Of a stretch of 64,000 nt of DNA, positions 39,578-54,400 are shown in pieces. Every line of letters begins with the position of its first letter. Positions within the stretch are counted from its first letter, which is position 1. The translations under genes and the position numbers were made by a program. Source of the stretch: Eledone cirrhosa (lineage: Eukaryota). The DNA lies in the NCBI GenBank assembly GCA_964016885.1, contig OZ024742.1, forward strand, positions 157,170,001 to 157,234,000, read 5' to 3'. Below the pieces are notes generated by a model. It did not search any database. It saw only the letters and a program-made list of their open reading frames with translations, and was not told the origin of the DNA.

Positions 39578-42210
39578 GTTAAAGAAGGTTCGTTGAATAA
39601 ATCAAAGAATGAGATTTACAATAGATTGGAAGCACTCCATAGAAATGGTTTTCTGGAGTTATTAATATTAATTCAAAATATTAACAAAAATAGTCATTCG
39701 TATGATCAAGTATATTTTATTATACATATTTCAGAGGTACTAAGCTATATTCAACAGTACGTCCTCATCAGATAAAATAAGATGATGCATGACATACCCT
39801 GACTTAGTAGATGGTTAAGATTCAGTCATGGTAGTGAATAAGATATGACAAAACTCAATATTTATATACCTTAAGATTGAGACATGAACAAATTATATAT
39901 AATACAGAAGGTGCATGTCGAATCTACTTGAATTCTTCAATATCACCTAACTGCAATCTTTCTACTATGGAGACCCTATTAATAATTACTAATTATGAAA
40001 ATTTAATTAACAAAAAAAGTGAATTATTCTCAAATTGCCTACATAAAGCTTCTTCTACATTCCAAGCCTCGCAAAAAGTCAGGAAAAAACACTGAATACA
40101 TTTTTGACGTTTCTTATCAACTGAGTGCGTAAAATGTTATAACAGATTATAAAACCTTATAATAATGTTTTATTCATTTACGATATGATTAATGTTAGAT
40201 TAAGGGTTCTATATAAATATATAAACATATAGACTGTTAACATGATCTCTTGATGAATATGCATATCATTTGATTGTGTAAGTACATTTAATTTGGTCGG
40301 GATGTTTGTATTTTTAAAATATATAGCTTATATGATTGACAGTTACAAGGAACCGTAAACATTCTTTTGTTTATTCATTTGGAATATGTTGGTTTCAAGA
40401 TTCAAGATGTTTGATTCATATATTTATAGTATATGTGTCGCACACGATCCTAGTCGAGAAACTTTTTCCAATTAACTTGATGTAAAACTTCAATTATAAC
40501 ATTATTAACAATAATTGTATTTATTATTTATTATATGTATATGGATCACTAATATCGTCTTGAGTTTTGAACAGAGTACTCTGTATGTATTTAGACAAAT
40601 GTGTATACATATGTGTAACATACTTCTAGCTACATTTATAAGTGCCTTAAATACTTAAGGACATTCAAGTGTTATAATTGTTAAATATTTTCTAAATTAT
40701 ATAATGATTATTATTTTTTAATATAATTAAATTCGGGTTACCTTCGGGTTGATGAAAATCTTAAGTCTTCTCTTTCTCATGTTTGCAGACACTTTAAATA
40801 TGATATTATACTATAATATAGATCCTTAACCATTTTCTTCTATTTTTACTTCATATAGCTTAGATATTTGGCACTTATAGGATCGCAAACCATTTATTTT
40901 TTTATTTTGAATCTGGTGCTTATCTTTTATGATTCATGAAGTTTGATTTGTATATTTATAGTATATATGTATTACATGATCCTAATATAATAATTGATGT
41001 AAAACGTTAATTTTTATTATATTAACAGTAACTTAGTTATTATATTATATTATATTATATTACATATAACTTACTAATATCGTCTTAAACTTTAAACAAG
41101 ATACTCTTTGTATAAATTTAGACAAATGCGTATATCTAGTTTAATAATACCCTTTTTAAGTATAATTATAAGGCCTTTGGATACTTTAGGGCATTCAAAT
41201 TGTTAATTTTTTTAATTTTTAAAGTTATAATTATAAGTACTTTCTAAATTATATAATTATTATTACTTTCTAAATTATATTATTATTTTTTAATATAAAA
41301 TCTCTTTAATATAAAAAATGTGTTTAATAAATTTCTTTTAAATATAATTTAATATGGATTACCTTCGAGATGAAGAAAATATTAAGTTTCTTCTTTCTCA
41401 GGTTTGCAAATACGTTAGATATGATATTATAAATTAAATATGATAGTATACTTTAATATAAATACTTATACATTTTTATAGTCCGTAATATTATACCTTT
41501 AGATTAATTCACTATTCTGAACTAACATCCGGATACGTTTGGATATATATAATTGATTAATAGTATATTTCTAATTAACTTAAGGACTCGAAATTAAACC
41601 CTCATATAATTACACCCAGATATATTAATATTTAGATTGATTGATTATTTCTAGATAATTCAAAGATTCGAAATTATTCTTTCACAAAGCTATGCCCAAA
41701 TGTATATTTATGTATTTATATATATATATATATTTGCTTCATCTAATTATACGCTATTTATCCACGACAATACAAATCTCCCTCTCTATGCTTTATACTA
41801 TAAAAATTATTCTTCCTTATCTCTCTATCCTTAATCAATTCTCTTTTGCTTTCGTGCATAAGATATTTCTATACTTCTAGTAACTATTTTTTTCCTCATT
41901 TGTTTGCCTCTCTGTCTTTCTTCTTTCTTCAATAATTTAAATTATTTGAATTTCTAACAGTTATATAAATTGCTTTTATGTATTTTTTAAGCCTTCTCAC
42001 ACGCACCCGCTGTATTATATGTAATGTTTTCATGTCTCAATCTTAAGGTATATAAATATTGACTTTTGTCATATCTTATTCACTACCAAAGTGAATCTTA
42101 ACCATCTACTAAGTCAGGGTATGTCATGCATCATCTTTTTGTATCTGAAATATGTATAATAAATTAAATTGATCACACGAATGTCTATTTTGTTAATATT
42201 TTGAATTAAT
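39575..42210. mobile_element. PLE insert: minus-strand pLTR + tail (39575-39920), GIY-YIG tail (+, ~39930-40095), ~1.9-kb UTR, plus-strand pLTR (42010-42210)
   Basis: NCNLSTMETL..LINKKSELFSNCLHK matches the PLE at 17259-20345. Inverted pLTRs. UTR duplication ~40380-40870 and ~40930-41460. Confidence 0.85.
39713..39779 (-). ncRNA. Minimal type I HHR
   Basis: tattttat-CTGATGA-ggacgtac..gtacctct-GAAA-tatgta-TA^ataaaata (perfect 8-bp stem I). The partner pLTR at ~42140 has the core deleted. Confidence 0.85.
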
Positions 42211-42693
42211 ATATATATATATATTAAAAGAATTAGAGGTGTGACACACGATTGTGATATATTAGTAAAAAGGAAAAGAAAATGCTGACAATTTTTTCCC
42301 ACCGAAAAATAGTTTAATTAGGAATAAGTATGAAGTAGTATTCAGTTTTAGTTTTAAGTTTTTACCGGTTGCGCATTTCTAAAGCTTTTCAAAAATAATT
42401 TTGAGATAGAGAGCTCGTGATGTTTGCTCTAATATGTTAGATAACTACCATGTGGCTTGCTGTTTTCCAACCTTCGGTTTGCTTTTCCTTCTGTTGTTTA
42501 CTTGTCTCACTCGCTTTACGCGTTTCACTTGTCCTAATAGCTTATTTTAGTTATTGCTCGCACCAACCTGAGGTATCTGATTTTTAATGCGATGAAATAC
42601 CAATGATGGTTGGCAAAATCACTGATGAGGGACTAATTTTATAATATGTAATCCATGTGCAAACATGCAGTATTCTTCTTCCCCTTGTTTTTC

Positions 42694-42753
<60 letters not shown>

Positions 42754-42778
42754 AAAATCCTGTAGACCAGGATTTTTT

Positions 42779-42832
42779 CATTCTGAGGATTGAAAGCAAA
42801 ATCTTTTGCTTTTAAGAAACCACTGGTAAATG
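42779..42832 (+). ncRNA. Type I HHR making up most of a ~118-bp insert (42750-42867) in (TA)n
   Basis: catt-CTGAGGA-ttgaaagcaaa..tttgcttttaa-GAAA-ccactgg-TA^aatg. Confidence 0.88.
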
Positions 42833-42861
42833 GAATAATTGCCTTATGTTTTTTTTATTAC

Positions 42862-42982
<121 letters not shown>

Positions 42983-43379
42983 GTGAGTGAGTTTCGTGCG
43001 TGCGTGTGTGTGCGTGTAATATACTGTTACTGTAGGATAACCCACGTGAACACTCGATGTGTATTTTCCGGTCTGTAACGAGGTGTAGAACTAAACCGAG
43101 TGGATATATAGTAGAAAAAGGACGAACTGTTTAGCCTTCATTACGATTATTGAGTGGTGTTGCGCGTTTCGCTAATAGTAAGCACAATATTCGATCTGTA
43201 TCGGTCTGGCCCGACTCTGGAATCAAAAGCTCGTTGGACCTTATAGGATGTCGAAATACCACGGAAGGATGGAATATTATAATTCAATATTTTATCTATT
43301 AATAATTCTGACACATGTTTCAATGTAAAATTATTTATACATCTTAAGTCTGAATTGCTCTTATGAAACATTACTTGAT

Positions 43380-44595
43380 ATTACCTCGAAAGGTATTGCT
43401 GCAGCTCTTTGGAGAAAAACTAATTATCATTGTCTGTGTGGGAGACCAAGATTTTAGTTGCAAGCAATGAGTTATTATCAGATTAAGCTGAGAAATCGTC
43501 GTCTGAACATTGATGGAATGGTCTAGGTACTAACAATAATCCAATCATTGTAGAATGTTCATTTTACTTGGGAGTGGATATGAGTATTTACTGTTATTAG
43601 TAATAATAATTGAACTATAAATAATAGATAACATTTTGATGAATTCACTTTAATATAATGAAAAAGGAAATTATCTTCCAATTGTTAAGTTGTTGGTGAC
43701 ATGGTCCTATGCCTAAACCATTCCATAGTGACACATAGTTTATATGGGACTCTTAGGTTTGACTGGTTTAACGTATATATATACGATAAGTAAGACTTCA
43801 TTTTAGCCTATATTTGGAGTTTAAATTACAATAACATCGGATATATGTTACACTGGTAGATCTTAGCTAAAGGTAGATCATATAACGGAAATAAAAGAAC
43901 GTTTGACCTTTGTGCAGCCAAAGCCCTGGGAAGCTTTAAACCAACGTACGGTTTTTAAACAAGAAATCTGAGGCAATTTTGTCTTGTAACCACAAACGGT
44001 ATGAAACATGTTTGAATTACGGCCCAACAGTAAATCCTAACGGATAGTATGGAAACCATACAGATGATATACGTTATGATGTGGTAGCTAAGAGCAATCT
44101 AAATCCATACTCAATATGTATATATCAATAAATATGCGAGTATATATATGTGTGTATGTACATTTTACGAACACAAGCAACAGCACGTGCTTGTGTATAT
44201 ACATGCACGTATATACTTGTGTATACGTATTGGTGTGTATAATTCCATAGAGTATATATTCATTTGAGCATGCTTCCACACACGTCTGCGCATAATTATG
44301 TATAAACATAAATCGGAAACCATTATCATTAACAATTTTACTATTTTTCTGTTAATTAGTTTAACTATTACTAATATCATTTTTCATATATGGTAGTTGG
44401 AAATGAATAGGCTAATCTAAAAGGAATATTAGTCTTCTAATTTCTCTATAGCAAGAATATGATTTTCCTATAGGAGGAGTTTATTATTTCTACTCCACAA
44501 TAACGTAATTCTTTTTTGAATATATGTCGCTCCTTTCATGAGTACGTCATCACACACTACGGTTAAGTTTTCCTGTTTTATACGTATGTGTGTAT

Positions 44596-44636
<41 letters not shown>

Positions 44637-44742
44637 TGTGGGGGTGGGGTGCGTGTGTGCGCCTGTGTGGGTGGGTGGGTGGGTGGATATGGGTGTGGGT
44701 GTGTGGGTGTGGGGGTGTGGGTGTGTGGGTGTGGGTGGGTGG

Positions 44743-44781
<39 letters not shown>

Positions 44782-44790
44782 TGTGTGTGT

Positions 44791-44884
<94 letters not shown>

Positions 44885-46040
44885 GGATATAGTATATTAT
44901 ATTTACAATATTATGTTTGACTTTGTTTATAGAAATATGTATTTGGTCATTACGTTTAAAACAAAACATAAAACCAATGATATCTATGTTCCGCCAGATT
45001 ATTAAATTTTAGTTGGTGTAGATGTATCTTAATTACTCAATCATTTGAAATTACAATATTTTGAAAGAAATCTCAAGAAATAGAACTTCGAAAACAATCT
45101 AATTTATAATATAAATGATATCATTCTTCCTTTCATTTCGTTGTTTACGTTATCAGTCGTAGGAAACTGGAGTATTATTTTTCTTTTCGAAATGCTAGAG
45201 GGTCTATTGTATATTTAATTAAAATGCCGACATAATGTCAACGGAAGGTAGAGAAACCAACAGAGGGAGTGTATGCTTCCGGTTTTGTTTCTTCTTATAT
45301 CTTTGCCATATGTTGTATATGCCTTCTAGATGAAAAAATACGGAGTCTATATGAAGTGTTGAAATTAAATTATTTATCCTATGTATAGACAGTATTTTGT
45401 TATCTGAGAACACGATTATATGTTAAAGAATCTGTGTTCTTGACATAATATTTATTAGATATTTATTTCTATGAAAACCAGATAGAAAATAAAAAGATCC
45501 TTATCAACTTAATGAAAAATATGAAACAGAATACATTAAAACACATACATGAGTAGAGAAGTACAACAGGTTAAACTAAATTCATAATTTATTACCTGCG
45601 CAGAAGTATTATAACTTGTGGAACATGTAAAACAACATGTTAAACAACTAACGAAAGAGCATTGATGATATATAAACAACCTTACGGTCATCGAACCAAC
45701 TGGAAACTTATAATAAATTGAAGTGAAAACCAACAGGTGGGTGTGTTTTTTTTATTCGCAGCATGACAGTGGATAACAATATCTGTTTTCAGATAAGAAA
45801 TCTCGCAAAACAAATTAGAAAACGAAATTTATATATGTATAAATATATATATATTGACAAGTAAGTATGTTTTTGAAACAGCGAGCGTGTTTGAAAATTA
45901 GAAACAGAAGCTTCCGCCGTATGATTTTACTAAATAAAATCTAACCATATAGTGTGATTTAGAACCCGCAAAGTCATGGAAAAGGATGAGTATTGACGGA
46001 CAATACTCATCTTTTGCCATTTCTTTGAAGGTTCTTATTA

Positions 46041-46112
<72 letters not shown>

Positions 46113-46730
46113 GGGAAATAATCATGTTTTTTCAGTAGACGCATTGCTTGAACCTCCAATAATTTATTGAGTGCATAGTAATATATGTTAATGTCATATG
46201 TGACATTTTGTGAAATCAAATCTATGTAATTATTTAGAATGAAATTGAACTAGTCATTGCCTGTAAATACAATTTCCTAAAAAAAAGTTTATTTACATAG
46301 TGGTTATACAAATATGTGTTTTGCTCACGTATGCTGGTCACGTATCTAATATTTAGAAATGAAGACATTTAACTATTCCCAAAACTTATTTTTGTTTGTA
46401 TGTGACCAAAACCTTTATATACTGCGCATAGGTTGTGAGAAAGAATGCTGATGTCGTACCGATTAAACTACTGTCAGTCGAAGACTTTTGAACAATAGCA
46501 ATTTCAGCCATGTGTTTGTGACTGAGTCTTATATGGAAGCATTTCCCCTTGACCAGAATTGATCATGACGCTGATGGGAATTATAACAATTTATGAGGAA
46601 CAGGCTAAGCAAAGGAGAACAGATTTGTTCACACATTGTATGGGCTCTTAAGATCTATATTTCAAAACAGACTTCAGAGTTCCTCCTCGTTATGTGCGAC
46701 TACAAATTATCAGTGGGACCATTAAGTATC
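43380..46730 (+). pseudogene. Possible decayed exons (EGF-like, FN3-like, receptor-PTP juxtamembrane-like)
   Basis: FGEKTNYHCLC at ~43410; IEVKT before a GT donor at ~45737; DADGNYNN..RNRLSKGEQICSHIVWA at ~46570-46650. All are disrupted. Confidence 0.25.
44585..44885. repeat. Compound (GT)n/(GGGT)n microsatellite
   Basis: Directly visible. Confidence 0.97.
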
Positions 46731-47000
46731 ACACTCTATGCTGTTAACTTAAAATTGTGTGCTTATTGTATGTAATGATATAAATCAGCAGACGCATTGA
46801 TGTAAGTTGAAATAGAACGAAAATTGCTAGAAACACATAAAGGTAAGACGGAAGAAGGAAACAAGTCATCTGAAAAGTATGGTGATATATGCTACATAAA
46901 ATGAACATTAAAAAAACATAAAATAATTTAATGCCAGGCAGTCATTTCCCTTGGGATGAAAATCCAAATTATAATAATATAACAGCGAATTACAAAAACA

Positions 47001-47058
<58 letters not shown>

Positions 47059-48707
47059 TGATAAAAAGTGGCAAAGAGTACGATTATAGATATATATTAT
47101 TTCAGTAGGTGAAACGTTATTTCACACTGGTCAATACAGAATAAAAGTGATAAATCATATTTTCCAACCAGGGAAAAAGAAAATCAGAAATGTTAGTATA
47201 TTAGAAAAAATATCGTCTTAAATAAATATATGCAAAATTGATAGTATTATATTGTCAATAAATGATATAAGATTTAGACAAATAAGAAATACTGATATGT
47301 GAGGCTGCAAATAGATATATATAAAACCGGTATTTTAAATTACAATTATATTAAATTGGATTTGGACAAATGGATAATATTGATGGTGATAATAAATGAA
47401 AGAACCATATTCAGAGGGGTACACATATGAACACGTGTTACCTAGTTACATAGCCGACAATCGAATCAAATCCCGATTTTTAAATGGAAGTTGCGAACAG
47501 CAGATAAGTTTACCAATGGAACCATAAATCTTTTGATCTGACCTACCGATGGGCTTCTTTCAGCTTTAATAGTTCAGCTAATTAAATATCATTTGGTGCA
47601 TTTTTCTTTAAAATGTTCATGCAGTTTTCGTGCATAAAATTTCTAGTACGAAATCCTAGATGAATTTCCTGGGAGATTGAAATAATCTATATGACGTTTG
47701 TACGTTTTATTTACATTGAGGTATAACTGATGTGCGATATGTGAAGTAACGGGTATAAATATCATTGAAACACAGATGGTTAGTGGTGTAAAGTTCATAC
47801 TATATTGTTGGTAACTAAACTAAATTAATGGAAATATTCACTAAGATTTAAAGTATATTTCTCAGAACGTGGATACGTCCGAGTATAGAGGCGAATGTGA
47901 GTTCAAACGTCTTGAGCAGTTGCACTGCAACATAGAATAGAGTAAGAGAAGATATCGGTAGGCTTACTTTATATTCTCCGTAAAAGGAGCAGACCTCAAA
48001 ATGTGTCTGCATTCATTATCGTTATAACTCAAATAACTGAAACCCTTCAATATTCTACGATCTTGGTTTTACGTTTGGTTTCGACGCTGATTGACTAGCA
48101 TCCATGCATATCAATATTTACCCAAAGATGAAAATCAAACGTATGACATACATTTCTGTTATCAACTGTAATGTTGTCCTCAACAATCTCCAAAATGACG
48201 CATTTGACAATCTCTCCTCAGTCGAAAGAAGTTTTATATATGTGAAAATATTTGTGAAGTTGACTAAGCTAACACTCACTATATATACATTGATATATAT
48301 AAATATATAGATATATGCACATATACATACATGTATATGTATACGTGCGTAACAATTGCAATATACCAATAATGTTTATATGTAGGGTCATAAGTTGACG
48401 AAATGGACGTACATATTTTACAACAGTACCGAGGGTATTGCTGGTTGCTGCGGTATCACAGTGTCTGACAAAGTTGTAAAATACTGTCCGCGGTGTTTAT
48501 GGTGAAAACCAAACCCAAGGAAAATAATGATTACGCGTATCGCGTTAAATCTACGAAATTTAAGTCATACAATACATGACGAAATGAGTCAGTTAGACCT
48601 CGAGACGAAGGCACACACAATGAGGCAGGCAGATAACGAGAAACTCAGAGACGAAGATCGTGCTTCTTTTATAACATCGGTTAGACTTGTCACTTTACAG
48701 GCAAATG

Positions 48708-48760
<53 letters not shown>

Positions 48761-48791
48761 CCATAACCATTAAATTGATTAGACATTTATA

Positions 48792-49057
48792 CCATACCTT
48801 TATTTTGATACAGATACTCCGTTTTACACCATCTAGCTGTTCCCATAAATGGAATCGGAGATATACAAAAGCTTGGAGAACTTAATATTGCTAACAAAAG
48901 TTTATTGGACCGTTTGACACAACCAATAATACACCTTACTATATATATATATATATATATAGGAACGAGTATGATCCCGACGGCTGAGCTCAAGCCGTTT
49001 CGACGGATAATTCTGGACTAGTCGAAACGGCTTGAGCTCAGCCGTCGGGGTCCTGTT

Positions 49058-49102
<45 letters not shown>

Positions 49103-49246
49103 AGCTATATTATTGGTTGTGTCAAACGGTCCAATAAACTTGTGTAGGCAATATTAAGTTCTCCACGCTTTTGTATATCTCCGATTCCATTTATGGGAAC
49201 AACTAGATGATGTAAAACGGAGTATTTGTATCAAAATAAAGGTATG
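48792..49246. repeat. Inverted duplication (~150-bp arms) centred on a (TA)n array that also holds a mini HHR-half fold-back (48961-49060)
   Basis: 48792-48942 is the near reverse complement of 49096-49246. The inner insert has GAAA-cggct..agccg-TC. Confidence 0.85.
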
Positions 49247-49683
49247 GGATACACTTCTAATAATTTTAATCACGACACATATTTCAATAAGATACAAATC
49301 GATCGTGCGGCCATGATCGATTATCACTGATCTCGTCAGGTGAAAATGAATTGTCTTCAAATCCTTGACATGAGGGAGAACATTTAACGATGTTCACTCA
49401 CTAGAGTTTTGTCACCCATATGAAGTTTAAGCAGCCAAAACACGCCGACCGCTTTCGTCCTCAATTAGGGTCATAAAACTATTAAGTCTCTATCTCTCAA
49501 TAGCTGTAAAAGACGCTGGATGAGTCAAATCTTTAGAATTACAATCGGTCACAGTTAGTGTGAGTGAGTACACACACACTCGCACAAATTGACGCGAGGT
49601 CGAAGAAAAACTTATATATATACCAACATAGTATTCACCGAAAGTTAGTTTACAAAACAACAAATATATATATATATATATAT

Positions 49684-50210
49684 AAATTTTGAGTATATTT
49701 TGGTTGTGTACCAACATTTCACTATGCAGATTGGAGAACTCGACGAAGTGCGCAGGTTGCTTTGGTCACTCCGTAGTAATGTAAAATAAAATAAAATAAA
49801 TAAGTCAAATGTTTAAAAGATGGCTTCGTTTATTACTGCTATATATATTTCGGTGACAGCCATCTTTGGCTGTGACTTCTTCAGGCAGTCCAAATTAGTG
49901 TGGTATAGACAAGTACACATGTTGTTGAGGTGTATAACTTTGTCAATACACCGATATGCCCAGTTCCTGGTTGAGTTGTTGTTTCATTCAGATATGATTC
50001 CAGTTCCTCAATGAAACAACAACCCAACCAGGAACTGGGCATATCAGAGAATTGACAAAGTTATACACCTCAATAAGATGTGTACTCGTCTCTAACACAC
50101 TAATTCGGACTGCCTGAAAAGGTCACAGCCAAAGATGGCTGTCACCGAAATATATATAGCAGTAATAAACGAAGCCAAATTTTAATCATTTGACTGATTT
50201 ATTTTATTTT

Positions 50211-50213
<3 letters not shown>
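49684..50213. mobile_element. Family F fold-back insert, copy 2 (HHRs at 49836-49888 minus and 50109-50163 plus)
   Basis: Arms ~49781-49989 and 50010-50213; same tail as 29015-29110. Confidence 0.9.
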
Positions 50214-50258
<45 letters not shown>

Positions 50259-50512
50259 CAAAATTAAGATAAATCAAAATGGATTTAATCTAAATCAAAA
50301 TTATGGGTGTCATGCCAGAAAGGCATGCGCCATATCACCCGTAAAATAAGCTCTAAGATTCTAATGAATAGGTCCGAGCATTTTATAACAACTAGAAGTT
50401 CTAGTTAACTTTATTTAGTTACCTACCTAGCTATGTGTGCTTACACACTTGTAAAAATTAGCCCCTGTGATTGTCTCATATGTTTATTTATATGTTAATC
50501 AATTTCTAGTTG

Positions 50513-50622
<110 letters not shown>

Positions 50623-51256
50623 AAAAAGAGATGAAATCGAAAATGCAACTGGAGTCTTATTTCTTTTAAAAATATATATATTTATTATTGGTTCCTTTAC
50701 CGGTTTCGCAGTTCTTCTGCTTTTCAAAAATGTATATGTATATATATATATACATATAAATATGGCACACAAGTAATACTGTTTCGGGGTGTTTTCTTTT
50801 ATTTACATAGATACACGCATATACACGTGTATATGTTTGGATGAATTCGATTTAACCAATTTTCTTTCCTGCATTATTTGCCCATACTCATTCCGTCCAT
50901 TTTTATTGACTTCTCCCTCGTTTTATTCTGTTCACTTCACGTTCACCAATCACCATCGGATTCGGCAATATCTTTGCCGTATACCTTCATTTAACTCCTT
51001 CATACCTATCTATTATTCATACTAAAACTTTCTATGCACTGAAAGAAATAATTAAGAAAAAAATCAATATTTTCTTTAAGCAGCCATCAATTTTACCTAC
51101 AGGAAAGAAAAAATACTTTTCATTGATTTTAATTCAAACTAATGCCTTTTAGTGTATGAACATTACACAGATTTGGGAACATTCTACAGGTGATTTATCA
51201 AACGTGCTGTCCGATCATTTCAACTTGTTAATAGGTAAAGTATATCCATTGAAATG

Positions 51257-51269
51257 ATACTACTACTAT

Positions 51270-51322
<53 letters not shown>

Positions 51323-51418
51323 TTACTACTACTACTACTACCACTACTACTACTACCATCACAACCACTACCACCAATAATAATAATAATAATAATAACA
51401 ATAATAATAATAATAATG
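51257..51418. repeat. Compound (ACT)n-(ACC)n-(AAT)n microsatellite
   Basis: Directly visible. Confidence 0.97.
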
Positions 51419-54400
51419 TTTTATTTATTAACCACAACGGTTTACACAATGTAAGACATTATGGACAATGCAGGACCATACAGAACGGTACAAATGGGCA
51501 TTTCTGCGTGTAAACATAAGAAAAACAGAGGATGTAACCAAAAAAGAAACAATGAAAAATTCCCCAATAGGTGGGAGACTTCCGAAGGACATTCGTGGAG
51601 AAAGCCCATTAAAAAAGCCACGGTAAACCCTGACCACCAGGGCAAGTGCCCTCTCCCAGTTTTCCACCTTCAATTTCAAGGCACATACTCAGAGTAGGCC
51701 CATTCATACAGGCCATTCCTGACTCTCTCACCCATCTTTCAACAAAATGCTGGGAAGAGAGCACTTCCCTCTCTACCCTGATTTTCCTTTTCAAATGAAT
51801 TTTGAAAAAGTTAATCAGAGAATCACTGAAGAGGTAAGTGCTTGTCTTCACCCCTTTCAAACGCGTCCACCATACTATTTCTTTCGCCATGGCCACCAGG
51901 TGATAAAAACTACCTGCCCTTCCCGGCTAAAGAGCGAGGCATTCCTCACGATGGACTCAGCTGATAGCCGGATCCGTGCTACACGCGACAGCTGGAGTTC
52001 GACATAAACGCACAAGTCAGCAATGCTCGAACACAGGACAAGTGCGTGCAGGACGGTGTGGTAGCCCTGCGCGCACTCGGACTAGGCCGGCTGACGGCAC
52101 CTCCATGCCTGTAGAGTTTATCTCGAACTGGCAAAGCTTCTCGGTAGCACTGCCAGGCCAGGGATTTCTGGAAGTTGTCCATAGGCCCCGGCACAAAAGT
52201 TCTTGAAAAGAGATTGGCTAGTCCATTTTCGTCAACGCCTACGGTTTCCCACAAGTACGTCGTCGCTCTTCCCCTCCACTAATCCCCTATAGAGCGCCAA
52301 GGTGGAGTTTCCACCGATGACATTGCCCGACTGGTCGAGCGCCTAAGACATCCCAGTCTCCAAGCGTTCCCTCTCGGTCTTCGCTTGACCCAGGACTTCA
52401 TCTCCGTCAAGGAGACGAGCTGGGGAAAGACTCGTCTAGCAAACGGCGACCACACCTGAATCGTCGAGGAAGATGTGGAGATTCGTAGCCTGAGCGCATG
52501 TCTACGCATCAGCAGCCACGGCATGCCCAGTTTTCCACGAATCGGACCATCGGAGCACGTACCTTCCAGAGAAAACGAAAGAGCAAACGCTCCAGCGCAT
52601 TCAGGCGAGACTTACGACAAGGCACGACGGTTAGGCGGTAGTAGATGACGGACGCGATGTACGCGTTAGCCACCTCCGCTCAACCTTTCAGGGGTGGCTT
52701 CCTCTCTGCTTATTTCTGGGTGAGAGAAGCCACCCTGCTCGTCACCTCGTCCCAGTTTTAGTCCGTCTGGAGGTCCGGAACGAACCAGACGCCTAGAAAT
52801 TAACCGGTCCGTCCATTCAACGCCCGACGACGCTGTTGGAGAGCATGGACCTGTCTCTCCAGGTGCCGAGCTGCAGGCCCACGGACCTTTCTTGGTTGAT
52901 CATTGCTCCTGTCACCGCTTCCTATTCCCTTAGTGTAGTGCCTCGATGTGTTTGGCGTTCGACACCACAACGGTGACATCGTCCGCATATGCTGACACGG
53001 ATCTTCCGCATCTTAGTTCGCAGTAATGGCTCGAGAGTCAATACGTACAACAGGGACGAGAGGGGACATCCTTGGCGGACCGAGCGCATAATGCTGAACG
53101 GGTCCGAAAGATGACCGTTCACTCTCACCACAGAGCAGTGTCGCTGTGCATGGAAGTGATCCAGCCTCTGAAGACGGGATCAAAGCCAGCCACCATCTGG
53201 ACTGCCGCCAGATAACGATGGTCGACCTTATCGAAAGCTTTCGACTGATCTAAATTTATCAAGGAGCAACCGTGCCAGATTCCCTAGCTACCCTCTCTAA
53301 AATCTATCGCATGAGGTGGTGGTTGTCGTGGATGGATCTGTCTGGAATGGCGAATGTCTGCGCCTCTCCCACCAGACCACTAACGACAAGCGCCAACCTC
53401 TCTGTTAGCACCTTGGTCAACATCTTGAACTCTGTGTTTAGCAGAGTTATGGGCTTGAAATTATCTCTTTATCCACCTTGTTCGGATCCTTTCTCAGCAG
53501 CGCCACCGCACTTCGGCTCACAGAGCTTAGCCTTCTCCCGTTCTGTTGCCAGTTGCAGTAGACGACCGCCAAGAGGCCTCCGAACAAGTCTGGCATTTGT
53601 ACGTACAGTTCATAGGGCAGACCATCCAAACCAGGCGATTTACCCCTTGTGCAGCCAGTCATTGCCTCCCGTACTTCAGCGGCTGTTATCTGCTTTACGC
53701 AAAACTCCGCCTTAGTGGACGATAGCCGCTGCAGTCCGTCTAGATAGGCACTAAAGTCGATCCCTAGATTCGACCCGCCGCTGCCCCCGAACAGCTGAGT
53801 GAAGTGTCGCTGAAAAGCTTTACACATTTGCCCGGGATCGAGTAGCATGCGCCCGTTGTGGTCCACCAAAGACCGGATCTTGCCTTTGTTGCCACAACGC
53901 GCCTCCGCCAATCGGGCCCATTGAACGGCTTTCGTCCCCTCGTGTCTGAGAGCACGCACCCTAGCTCTGAGAACGCAGCCTTCGTGCTTTGCATTGAAGA
54001 ATTGGTCAATTTCGCCGCAGATACGTCGGTCGCGATGCCTTTACTAAGCGCCTCGTCTAATTTTCTAACTAGTTCTCCCTCTACTCTATTTTTCTCTATT
54101 GCTAAAGCCTTACTAAACCTAATGGACTGTATTCTAATCGCTCTTTTTAGAGCAAACCGCCATTTGTTGTTGACGTTGGCCCCCGTCTACGCCCGCTTAA
54201 CTAGTTCGCTAATCCAGTCTCTGTGGACATGGCGCGCTGTTAATGAGGCGTTTAGCTTCCAGTAGCCGGATCCATGTCTATGAAGCCTATCTAAGACAAC
54301 CTCACAGATCACGAATTTGTGGTCCATGTAGTCGATTTATTTTGAAATGTGGACAGCCTATGCTAGACCTATCTATTTCCCTACAAAATACCCTCTCTAG

